Shown piece after piece: positions 36,425 through 43,401 of a stretch of DNA of 43,401 bases; the first letter of the stretch is position 1, and every line of letters begins with the position of its first letter. The position numbers were made by a program, and so were the translations under genes. This DNA comes from Candidatus Nanopelagicales bacterium (GTDB lineage Bacteria; Actinomycetota; Actinomycetes; S36-B12). The stretch covers positions 1 through 43,401 of the forward strand of contig JBIIOS010000001.1 of assembly GCA_044336805.1 (NCBI GenBank). Reading direction: 5' to 3'. Below the pieces are notes generated by a model. That model did no database searches. It had not been told where the DNA came from and was given only the letters and a program-made list of their open reading frames with translations.

Positions 36425-37446
36425 CGACCAAGTACAACAAGGGTGATGCTCGCAGTTGGGCTTTGGAATCTTTGACCGGTTGCTGCGGCTGCATTCAGCC
36501 GACCTTTACTTCTTCACTCGAGTCGCTGAATGAGGAAGCTATTCGCTTTGATGTTCGTCGTGAAATCGAGTTGGGCATGTCCGGCGTTTTGATCGTCTCA
36601 GAGTGTGGGACGACACCGGCCGAATTCGCGGAATTCACCCGCATCGTAATTGATGAGGCGGGCGACCAATTGGTGACTGTTTTGCAGGCTTCAGAACCAA
36701 CGCTGCAGAGTACGGTCGCAGCGGCAGTAATGGGTGCAGAAGCAGGAGTAGACCTCGTCATGCCTTCATATCCCCTGTATTTCAATCCGACGTCGCATGA
36801 TGACGTATTCGGTTTCACAAAGCGCATCGCGGACGAATCCGGTATCGGCATGATCGTTTTCGCCATGGACCAGTGGAACTTTGGTCGGTTGCACGCCGCG
36901 GGCTTCCCTATGTTCCTTCTCGAGCAGATGGTGGACGAGATTCCGCAGGTTGTAGCGATCAAAAATGAGGTCGGAGGCCCTGGCGTTGGCGGCATAGCGG
37001 CAGTTTTTGAGCGGTTCAATGAGGAAGTTGTGGTGACCGACCCACTCGAATTTAACGCGCCAGCTTGGATTGCTAATTACGGCATGCGTTTCATGGGAAC
37101 CTCAAACTATGAATGGATGGGGCCTGTAGTCCCCAAGATGCTCGCCCTTCTCAGTGACCCTGCGACGTGGAATGAGGGAATGGATCTGTACTGGCGTGTC
37201 GCCCCTGCTCGTCGGGCGCACTCAACGGTGTGCACGCCTTTGGTTGCAAATAGCGGGCTTGTTCCACGAATGCATTGGAAATATCAGGGGTGGCTAAACG
37301 GTTTCAATGGGGGACCAATTAGGCAGCCGCACATGCGAATCAGTGCGGCACAGATGGCGATCTTGCGTAATGCGGCCGTAGCTTCAGGACTCGATGTGAC
37401 CGGCGATGACGACGCGCTCTTCTACAGTGGAAGGAATCCCGAATGA
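36421..37446 (+). CDS. DHDPS/N-acetylneuraminate-lyase (class I aldolase) family protein
   Basis: Schiff-base Lys context QVVAIKNEVGG and Tyr context MPSYPLYFNP. The usual GTTGE motif is replaced by SECGTT. Confidence 0.8.
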   Translation: MTTKYNKGDARSWALESLTGCCGCIQPTFTSSLESLNEEAIRFDVRREIELGMSGVLIVSECGTTPAEFAEFTRIVIDEAGDQLVTVLQASEPTLQSTVAAAVMGAEAGVDLVMPSYPLYFNPTSHDDVFGFTKRIADESGIGMIVFAMDQWNFGRLHAAGFPMFLLEQMVDEIPQVVAIKNEVGGPGVGGIAAVFERFNEEVVVTDPLEFNAPAWIANYGMRFMGTSNYEWMGPVVPKMLALLSDPATWNEGMDLYWRVAPARRAHSTVCTPLVANSGLVPRMHWKYQGWLNGFNGGPIRQPHMRISAAQMAILRNAAVASGLDVTGDDDALFYSGRNPE

Positions 37447-38417
37447 GTGAATACGGCTCAATGCTCCTAGTAAACGGTGACGAAGTTGATCGTCTTGCTA
37501 CGGTCCCTGTGGCTTTGGCTGCGGCAGAGGAAGCTGCACTTCTTCTGACTCGTGGCAACATCGTGACTGGGCGCGTACAGGTGAATGGCCCGGTTGCCTG
37601 GATGCGAGTACTCGCCGGAATGGTGACAGATCTTGATCTTCTCGGGTACAAAGAGTTTCACCGTGTCGGGCAAGATGTTCGTTATCACGTTCACCTATAT
37701 CGTGAATCTACGGGAGAGATCCTCGGCGTCGTTGATGGACGACGCATCACAAGTCTTCGCACGGCAGCAACCGCGGCGGTCGCTATTCGCCATTGGGCTA
37801 ACAGCCGCCCGATCCGTGTGGGCTTGATTGGATCTGGCGAGGAAGCTCGTGAGGGTTTGCGAGCGATTGCAGGCTCCGTGGACGTTTCATCTGCATCGGT
37901 CTTTAGTCCAACGGCTGCGAACCGCGAGGCATTCGCCGAGGAGATGTCCGACGAACTCGGCATCCAAGTTGTTGCACGGTCAACCCAAGATGACGTAGTG
38001 GCTGAATGCGATGTGCTCTATGTGGCGACCTCATCCCACAACCAGCCGTTTCTGACGGCAGGTCAAGTAGGCAATGTAGGGATGATTGCTGCAATTGGAT
38101 CGACGCAGCCGGTTCACCGCGAGCTCTTCGGAGATGTCTTCCTGGCTGCAACTCAGACAATTGTCGATACACCTGATGCCACTCACGAGTCCGGTGATTG
38201 CATCGAGGCCACGGCACTAGGTTGGGATCCTTCGTCAGCGATACTGCTGGGTCGTTATCTCGCAGAGGAACCGGCGGCTAGCGGACTAACAATTTTTAAG
38301 TCAGTGGGGAGTGTGGAGCAGGATCTCGTCCTTGCTTACTACCTCGTTGAAGCTGCCCGTACAAACCATGCTGGCGCCGTCGTTCCCGACGTCGCTTCCC
38401 TCCGAGTAATGCGCTAA
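37443..38417 (+). CDS. ornithine cyclodeaminase / mu-crystallin family protein (NAD-dependent; cyclodeaminase or imine reductase)
   Basis: SLRTAATAAVAIRH, GLIGSGEEA (Rossmann) and IAAIGS. ATGA overlap with the upstream gene. Confidence 0.85.
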   Translation: MSEYGSMLLVNGDEVDRLATVPVALAAAEEAALLLTRGNIVTGRVQVNGPVAWMRVLAGMVTDLDLLGYKEFHRVGQDVRYHVHLYRESTGEILGVVDGRRITSLRTAATAAVAIRHWANSRPIRVGLIGSGEEAREGLRAIAGSVDVSSASVFSPTAANREAFAEEMSDELGIQVVARSTQDDVVAECDVLYVATSSHNQPFLTAGQVGNVGMIAAIGSTQPVHRELFGDVFLAATQTIVDTPDATHESGDCIEATALGWDPSSAILLGRYLAEEPAASGLTIFKSVGSVEQDLVLAYYLVEAARTNHAGAVVPDVASLRVMR

Positions 38418-38435
38418 GAGAAAAAGGAGTTAGTT

Positions 38436-39284
38436 ATGCAGATTGTTGACCTGTCCCACAATTGGGGAATGCACACGCCAGGTTGGGTCGGCTACCCAGG
38501 ATGCAAGATTTATTACACGCAGACACTTCAAACAAACCGAATCGTGTCACAGCGAATTGAAACTTCTCTGCACACAGGGACGCACCTTGATGGACCGATC
38601 CATGCTGCTGACGGCGGCGCTGACATGGCTTCGCTACCTTTGACCAAACTTATTCACGAGGGCGTTGTTGTCGATTTGTCTGATGTTCTCAGCGACTGGG
38701 ATGTCATCACACCAGAACACATTCTGTCCAAGGTGGAGGTTAAGAAGGGCGACATCATCATTGTGCACACTGGTTGGCACAAGTACTACACCGGTCAGCC
38801 ACAGCAGGATCTTGTGCGATATTTCTGTATGCACCCAGGCGGTGGAATTGAATTAGCTCGCTGGATGATGGATATGGAGATCGCCTGGTGGGGCATTGAC
38901 GCAGGTAGCGGTGACCACCCGATGAACACCACTATTCGACATATGCGCCCCGATATCGCTAAGCGCTTTGAAGAGCATGTCGGCATGACATGCTTTGAAT
39001 ACTTCGGTGAATATGAGTATGTGCACCATCTCTCTGGGAGGGTAATCAAAGAGGACTTATTCCCCATGCACCACCTCGCCTTCCCTGCCGGATGCATTCA
39101 CGCAGAAAATGTCGGCGGAGACATCGAGGCGGTCTTGAACAAACGCTGCATCATTGGAGCATTCCCCTGGAAAATTGAAGGTGGAGAAGGGTGTCCTTGT
39201 CGGATCATGGCGTTCTTCGACGTAGGTTCAAATGACGTCGTCGATGCAGTGGCCGATGGAATTTTCACCCTACCGAAGGGGTGA
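38436..39284 (+). CDS. cyclase-family metal hydrolase (kynurenine formamidase / isatin hydrolase-like)
   Basis: HTGTHLDGPIH (the HxGTHxDxPxH motif). AAGGAG lies 8 nt before the ATG. Confidence 0.85.
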   Translation: MQIVDLSHNWGMHTPGWVGYPGCKIYYTQTLQTNRIVSQRIETSLHTGTHLDGPIHAADGGADMASLPLTKLIHEGVVVDLSDVLSDWDVITPEHILSKVEVKKGDIIIVHTGWHKYYTGQPQQDLVRYFCMHPGGGIELARWMMDMEIAWWGIDAGSGDHPMNTTIRHMRPDIAKRFEEHVGMTCFEYFGEYEYVHHLSGRVIKEDLFPMHHLAFPAGCIHAENVGGDIEAVLNKRCIIGAFPWKIEGGEGCPCRIMAFFDVGSNDVVDAVADGIFTLPKG

Positions 39285-39294
39285 CGTTCGCACT

Positions 39295-40182
39295 GTGGAA
39301 TTTCCGTTTCGGGTAGCAATGGTCCAGATGCGCTCAGCGCCTCTGGAGCCATTGGCGAACGCCGTGACGACCAGTGCTGCCATTACACGTTGCGCGCAAG
39401 AGGGTTCAACGCTCGTTGTTCTGCCAGAACTTGCCGCTACGGGCTACATCCCAGATCGCGGGGCTCTTGAACCTCTTGCCGAATCGGTGGCTGATCCAGG
39501 CCCTGTGTTATCTGCATGGGTGGAAGCCGCGAGGACGCAACAGGTGGCTGTCATCGGCGGGTTCGCTGAGCGTGAAGGAGACAACCTCTACAACTCCGCG
39601 GTGACGATTGATGCCACCGGGCGGATCATTTCAATTTACCGGAAACTTCATTTGTTTGGCCGCGAGCGAGAATGCTTTGAGCCGGGTGATCTCGGATTGC
39701 CCATCGCTAACGTTTCGGGTGTTGAAGTGGGTGTGCTGGTCTGTTACGACCTTCGCTTTCCAGAGGCGATGAGGATTATGGCTCTTCGGGGCGCAGAAGT
39801 CATCGCGGTTCCTACGGCTTGGGTTTCGGGATTTGATAAGAGGGTCCCGGCGACGGGGAGAATCGGACAAATTGATGGCGTGGTTGTTCAGGCAAATCTG
39901 AATCAAGTTTTTGTTGTGTGTGCTGACACGGTTGGTGTTGTTTCGGACCTTGCCTTTTTAGGCAGGTCGGTCGCGGTAAACCCGTTCGGGGAAATCATCG
40001 CTGGGCCGCTCTCACCCGATCAAGAAGAGTGTACGATCGTGGACGTTGATGTAGCTGAAGTTTCTGCAGCGCGCCATCGCGGTCTTGGCATTGACCCATT
40101 TGCCAACAGGAGAATCGATGTATACGGCGCGGAATTGGGGTATCAGTACGTGTCGCCCCGTGAAAAGAAGGAGAAATCATGA
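39295..40182 (+). CDS. carbon-nitrogen hydrolase (nitrilase superfamily) amidase
   Basis: E-K-C triad contexts VLPELAATGY, YRKLHLFG and VLVCYDLRFPE. The start is uncertain (GTG 39295 preferred; ATG 39232 would overlap the cyclase gene by 53 nt). Confidence 0.8.
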   Translation: MEFPFRVAMVQMRSAPLEPLANAVTTSAAITRCAQEGSTLVVLPELAATGYIPDRGALEPLAESVADPGPVLSAWVEAARTQQVAVIGGFAEREGDNLYNSAVTIDATGRIISIYRKLHLFGRERECFEPGDLGLPIANVSGVEVGVLVCYDLRFPEAMRIMALRGAEVIAVPTAWVSGFDKRVPATGRIGQIDGVVVQANLNQVFVVCADTVGVVSDLAFLGRSVAVNPFGEIIAGPLSPDQEECTIVDVDVAEVSAARHRGLGIDPFANRRIDVYGAELGYQYVSPREKKEKS

Positions 40183-41096
40183 CGCCTACAGCGATAACAC
40201 ACGTTCGCTATGTAGCACTGGGAGTTCGTGATCTGGCTGCACAGGTGGAGTTTTACAAGGACGTATGGGGCCTCAGCCCACGAGAGAGTGACACTGGATT
40301 GCAGTATTTTGGTGCCCCTGCCACCCAGGATCCGCACATACTTCGGTTACGTGCTTCCGAATTTGATCGGGTTGATCTCATTTCATTTGCAGTTCCATCT
40401 GCGAAGCATGTGGATTCTTTGGCAGCAAAGTTGCGCGGTAGCGGCGTGAGATTGATCAGCGAGCCGGGTAGTTCTTCAGCGCCGGGTGGCGGATACGAAT
40501 TCCGATTCTTTGATCACGAAGGCCGCACCATTGAGATCAAGTCTGACGTTGAGAATGTGTCGGCCATTGAATTGCAGGAACGAGACTGGCACCCCGGGAA
40601 ACTGTCACATGTAGTAGTCAACTCTCCCGATATCGAAGCAGCAGCACGTTGGTACGGAGAGCATCTGGGATTGCAAGTATCGGATCGACTGGCTGACAGA
40701 ATGATATTCCTTCGAGGTGACAACAACGTTCATCACACGATGGCCTTTGCGGTTGCGCCACACGTCTCGCTAAACCATGTGGCATATGAATCGAGAGGCA
40801 TCGATGAGTACTTGAGGGCATCTGGCCGACTTATTAGATCGGGGCTGCCATGTGTGTGGGGACCAGGACGTCATGGCCCAGGAGACAACACGTTCGCCTA
40901 CTTCAGTGATCAATCAGGTTTCGTTGCCGAATACACCACCGCTCTTCAGGTTGTTGATGACTGGGAAACATGGAAGCCGCGGGTTCACCCGGTGACCCCC
41001 GAATGGTCTGATCAGTGGGGTACCGCAAACATTCGCGACCCAGAGCCTTTTTTGGGGCGCCCAGACCTTGGAGTGCATGACGCACCACCTATTTAG
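40179..41096 (+). CDS. type I two-domain extradiol ring-cleavage dioxygenase (catechol 2,3-dioxygenase-like VOC)
   Basis: ITHVRYVALGVRDL..., LSHVVVNSPD, LNHVAYE and GPGRHGPGDNTFAYFSDQSGFVAEY, with His/His/Glu ligand contexts. ATGA overlap with the upstream gene. Confidence 0.85.
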   Translation: MTPTAITHVRYVALGVRDLAAQVEFYKDVWGLSPRESDTGLQYFGAPATQDPHILRLRASEFDRVDLISFAVPSAKHVDSLAAKLRGSGVRLISEPGSSSAPGGGYEFRFFDHEGRTIEIKSDVENVSAIELQERDWHPGKLSHVVVNSPDIEAAARWYGEHLGLQVSDRLADRMIFLRGDNNVHHTMAFAVAPHVSLNHVAYESRGIDEYLRASGRLIRSGLPCVWGPGRHGPGDNTFAYFSDQSGFVAEYTTALQVVDDWETWKPRVHPVTPEWSDQWGTANIRDPEPFLGRPDLGVHDAPPI

Positions 41097-41155
41097 CCGT
41101 CTAGCCATCCAGCCATCCAGCACAGACATTCCATTTCTACATTTAGAGAGGTGCC

Positions 41156-41350
41156 ATGAAAGTTGAAATTGATACAAAGCTATGCAAGGCGTATGCAAAC
41201 TGCACTTTTGAAGCACCAGAAATCTTTGAAGTCGATGATGCCACCGGCAAAGCGCATGTCTTAGACGACGGATCATTGGAAAATCGTCGCGACGAAGTTG
41301 AACGCGCTGTCGACGGTTGCCCTGTAGGCGCAATTAGAATTACTGAGTAG
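41156..41350 (+). CDS. small 3-Cys ferredoxin ([3Fe-4S]-type motif CxxYxxC...CP)
   Basis: 64 aa with Cys10, Cys16 and Cys55-Pro, and a CPVGAIRI ending. RBS AGAGAGG. Confidence 0.85.
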   Translation: MKVEIDTKLCKAYANCTFEAPEIFEVDDATGKAHVLDDGSLENRRDEVERAVDGCPVGAIRITE

Positions 41351-42314
41351 CGAGCGCAACATCTACAAGAAGTTTGCCTGTCGATGCTCGCGATTCAAGT
41401 CGCTCGTGCTGGCGGGCAACATCCGACAGGGGCACGTGACTGTCGATATGAATGCGAAGTCGGCCGTCTTCGAGTCGATCCATAACCTCATTGGCGGCTA
41501 CATTCCACGACTTGGCATCGCCGATATAGTCCTTACCTCGCACCCGCCGAACGGCCAACGAGCCAGCCGACAGGAGTTCAAGATCAATGGTGGGCAAAGG
41601 CCCCGCCGCGGTACCGAAGTACACAACGGTGCCGTGTGCCTTGAGCATCTTGAGATCACGGAGTGCTTGAACGCCGCCGTTGGCATCAAAAACGAGGTTA
41701 ACGCCCTCCGGTGCAATCGCTCGAAGATCTTCAATAAGTTGGTCGGAATCGACGATTGCAGCAGTGGCTCCAAGTGCGAGTGGAATGGACGTCTTTGCCT
41801 GGCTGCCCACGATGGCAACAATGCGCGCCCCACGCTCTGCCAGCATCTGGGTGAGCAAGTGTCCGACGCCGCCGGCCGCGGCAAAGACGACCGCACTATC
41901 TCCCACGTGTACGGGAGCACATTGATATGCGAGATACCACGCCGTCGTGCCTTGCATGAGTCCGGCAGCAGCAGTTTCGCTCGTCACCGATTTTGGAATC
42001 GGTACAAAAAATTTCGCTGGCCCCTGTACTTGTTCGGCGTAACTACCGTTAATTTTCGACCAGGCTACGCGGTCACCGTAGGTGAAGTTGGAAACATCGG
42101 TAGCCATCGCGATTACGGAACCCGCTCCTTCTACACCCGGAATTCGGTTTGCCGGCAGTGGCACAAGACCTTTGCGCTGCATGATGTCCCAGTAGTTCAC
42201 GCCCACCGTCTCAACGGCAACCCGGATCTCGCCGGGCATCAGTTCGGGCAACTCGGCTTCACTCAATGCCAAAACTTCCGGTCCACCCGGCTGAGTAACG
42301 ACCACACACTTCAT
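41340..42314 (-). CDS. MDR-family NADPH:quinone oxidoreductase / zeta-crystallin-like
   Basis: MKCVVVTQPGGPEVLAL start and AAAGGVGHLL nucleotide motif. I prefer the ATG at 42314 over 42356. Its 3' end overlaps the ferredoxin gene by 11 nt in convergent orientation. Confidence 0.85.
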   Translation of the reverse strand: MKCVVVTQPGGPEVLALSEAELPELMPGEIRVAVETVGVNYWDIMQRKGLVPLPANRIPGVEGAGSVIAMATDVSNFTYGDRVAWSKINGSYAEQVQGPAKFFVPIPKSVTSETAAAGLMQGTTAWYLAYQCAPVHVGDSAVVFAAAGGVGHLLTQMLAERGARIVAIVGSQAKTSIPLALGATAAIVDSDQLIEDLRAIAPEGVNLVFDANGGVQALRDLKMLKAHGTVVYFGTAAGPLPTIDLELLSAGSLAVRRVRGKDYIGDAKSWNVAANEVMDRLEDGRLRIHIDSHVPLSDVARQHERLESRASTGKLLVDVALATQ

Positions 42315-42328
42315 CTGGGTAGTTTGCC

Positions 42329-43270
42329 ATGGTGAGCCGGATTCCTTCCGTCGCACTGGTCGCAGCGGCCGGTGGGACGATAATTCAGGCTCGTCTCAAT
42401 GCGCAGTTGGTGGAAATAACAAGAAACCCATTGGAAGTTTCACTAATCAATCTCACCGTGGCGGCTGTAGTTGCTAGCTTGGTGATCCTGGTTGCACCCA
42501 CTCTTCGCGCTTCCTGGTGGGTGCTCCTGCGGGCGATCAAGTCAGGAGAACTACGACCTTGGCAACTCACTGGTGGAGCGCTAGGCGGTTATTACATTGC
42601 AATACAAGGAAGCGCCTCTCTTGCCGTAGGCGTTGCTGTCTTCACCATTGCGGTCGTCGCGGGACAAACTGGTACGGCACTCCTAGTTGACCGCCTTGGA
42701 ATCGGCCCTATGGGCCGCAAAGATATTTCTGCCGCTCGGATTGCTGCCGCATTGCTTGCTGTGTTAGCAGTTGCTACGGCGGCTTCTGGGCGGATCGGTC
42801 GAGCTGATATCAGTGCCTTCGCCATTATTGGAGTTCTTAGTCTCGCGGCGTCGGCCGGCGCTGCGAGCGCTTTTCAACAGGCAGTGAGCGGGAGAGTCGG
42901 GGCGGTCACCCGACACGGCATTACTGCAGCATGGCTGAACTTTGTCGTGGGCGCCGGAATCATGGCGGGCGTCGTTGCTATGGTCAATGTGGCGCGGGGC
43001 CCCGCGTGGGCACCGATCCCGACGGATCACTGGTGGATGGTAATTGCTGGAGTTTTCGGACTCATCTACATCGCGACGGTAACTTGGGTTGTTCGAACTG
43101 TTGGGGTGCTGGTGACGTCACTACTTACATTGGTGGGCTTGTTAGTCGGCTCCGTCATTTCGGATGTTGTTGCCCCGACAACGGGGTCGGTCATCACGTG
43201 GCAGTTGATCGTTGGCCTTGTTTTAACCTGGTTTGCCGTCATGCTTGCCTCGAAAACCTCACACAGGTAG
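42329..43270 (+). CDS. DMT-superfamily membrane protein, duplicated YdcZ/DUF606-like
   Basis: About 10 TM helices in two similar halves, each starting with a GG..IQ/QQA..(N/G) pattern like YdcZ proteins. The family call is from memory. Confidence 0.65.
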   Translation: MVSRIPSVALVAAAGGTIIQARLNAQLVEITRNPLEVSLINLTVAAVVASLVILVAPTLRASWWVLLRAIKSGELRPWQLTGGALGGYYIAIQGSASLAVGVAVFTIAVVAGQTGTALLVDRLGIGPMGRKDISAARIAAALLAVLAVATAASGRIGRADISAFAIIGVLSLAASAGAASAFQQAVSGRVGAVTRHGITAAWLNFVVGAGIMAGVVAMVNVARGPAWAPIPTDHWWMVIAGVFGLIYIATVTWVVRTVGVLVTSLLTLVGLLVGSVISDVVAPTTGSVITWQLIVGLVLTWFAVMLASKTSHR

Positions 43271-43342
43271 GGAAGCCCCTTTTCATCAAATCGAACCGTC
43301 TCCGCGACCCGCGGAAGGAAAAATCAAGGAAATTCACAAATA

Positions 43343-43372
43343 TGTCATACAAAAGATCAAATTAGGTATAGC
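43343..43372 (+). promoter_or_regulatory. fourth copy of the TGTCATACA element (TGTCATACAAAAGATCAAATTAGGTATAGC), facing the right window edge
   Basis: It has the same 9-mer, the AAG at positions 11-13 and a TATAGC -10-like hexamer at the same offset as the elements at 33761 and 18164. No gene lies downstream within the window. Confidence 0.4.
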
Positions 43373-43401
43373 GTTTGTCGCGGCCGCACATTCGAAACGA
43401 A

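Noticed and set aside
41103-41121. Tandem 8-mer AGCCATCC AGCCATCC AGC between the extradiol dioxygenase and the ferredoxin.
   Set aside because: There are only two full copies and no symmetry. It is probably chance or a slippage remnant, with no function supported.
41406-42335. A 309-aa plus-strand ORF. Similar long ORFs occur at 23274-24161(-), 28386-28871(+), 13408-13890(-), 18502-19107(-) and 22382-22831(-).
   Set aside because: All lie antisense to or out of frame with genes that have clear family motifs. Their Arg/Ser/Pro-rich composition is typical of shadow ORFs in GC-biased coding DNA.

Overview
This is a gene-dense, mid-GC window that looks actinobacterial: frequent GTG starts, 4-nt ATGA/GTGA start-stop overlaps, and lipoproteins with Ser/Ala-rich linkers. 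I saw no rRNA, tRNA, CRISPR array, integrase or transposase. The left ~6.5 kb is ordinary: a 5'-truncated MFS pump, an EamA/DMT transporter, a divergent oxyR-katG pair with a clean intrinsic terminator, a YczE-like membrane protein and a cupin lipoprotein. From ~6.6 kb to ~41.4 kb the window is one large catabolic supercluster built around two different xanthine-dehydrogenase-family molybdenum hydroxylases and a Rieske ring-hydroxylating dioxygenase. Its parts are: (i) Moco accessory genes (MocA-like, CoxG, CoxD/MoxR, CoxE/VWA). (ii) Operon A, 10.3-18.1 kb: amidase, 2Fe-2S subunit, a fused Mo-large/FAD-medium subunit with an extra Cys-rich insertion, an amidohydrolase_2-type decarboxylase/hydrolase and an aldehyde dehydrogenase. 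(iii) Operon B, 18.2-28.2 kb: a second hydroxylase in M-S-L order, translationally coupled to a CUT2 'sugar-type' ABC transporter, then a guanidino-modifying (pentein) superfamily enzyme and two SDRs. (iv) Minus-strand genes: a NitT/TauT-type ABC transporter, then VOC, SDR, a GntR/HutC-type regulator and a CMD-family protein. (v) Operon C, 33.8-41.35 kb: Rieske dioxygenase alpha/beta, two tightly coupled ORFs of unknown function (84 and 158 aa), a DHDPS/NAL-family protein, an ornithine cyclodeaminase-family protein, a cyclase/formamidase-family protein, a C-N hydrolase, an extradiol dioxygenase and a 3-Cys ferredoxin. The exact 9-mer TGTCATACA/TGTATGACA occurs at four intergenic promoter-like positions (10233, 18164, 33761, 43343), and a related palindrome sits at 31002. 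This suggests one regulon, with the local GntR regulator as the candidate repressor. The most likely novelty is an uncharacterised pathway for a nitrogen-containing (hetero)aromatic compound. I cannot assign the substrate from sequence alone. All functional calls come from reading motifs in the supplied translations, and no database search was possible.
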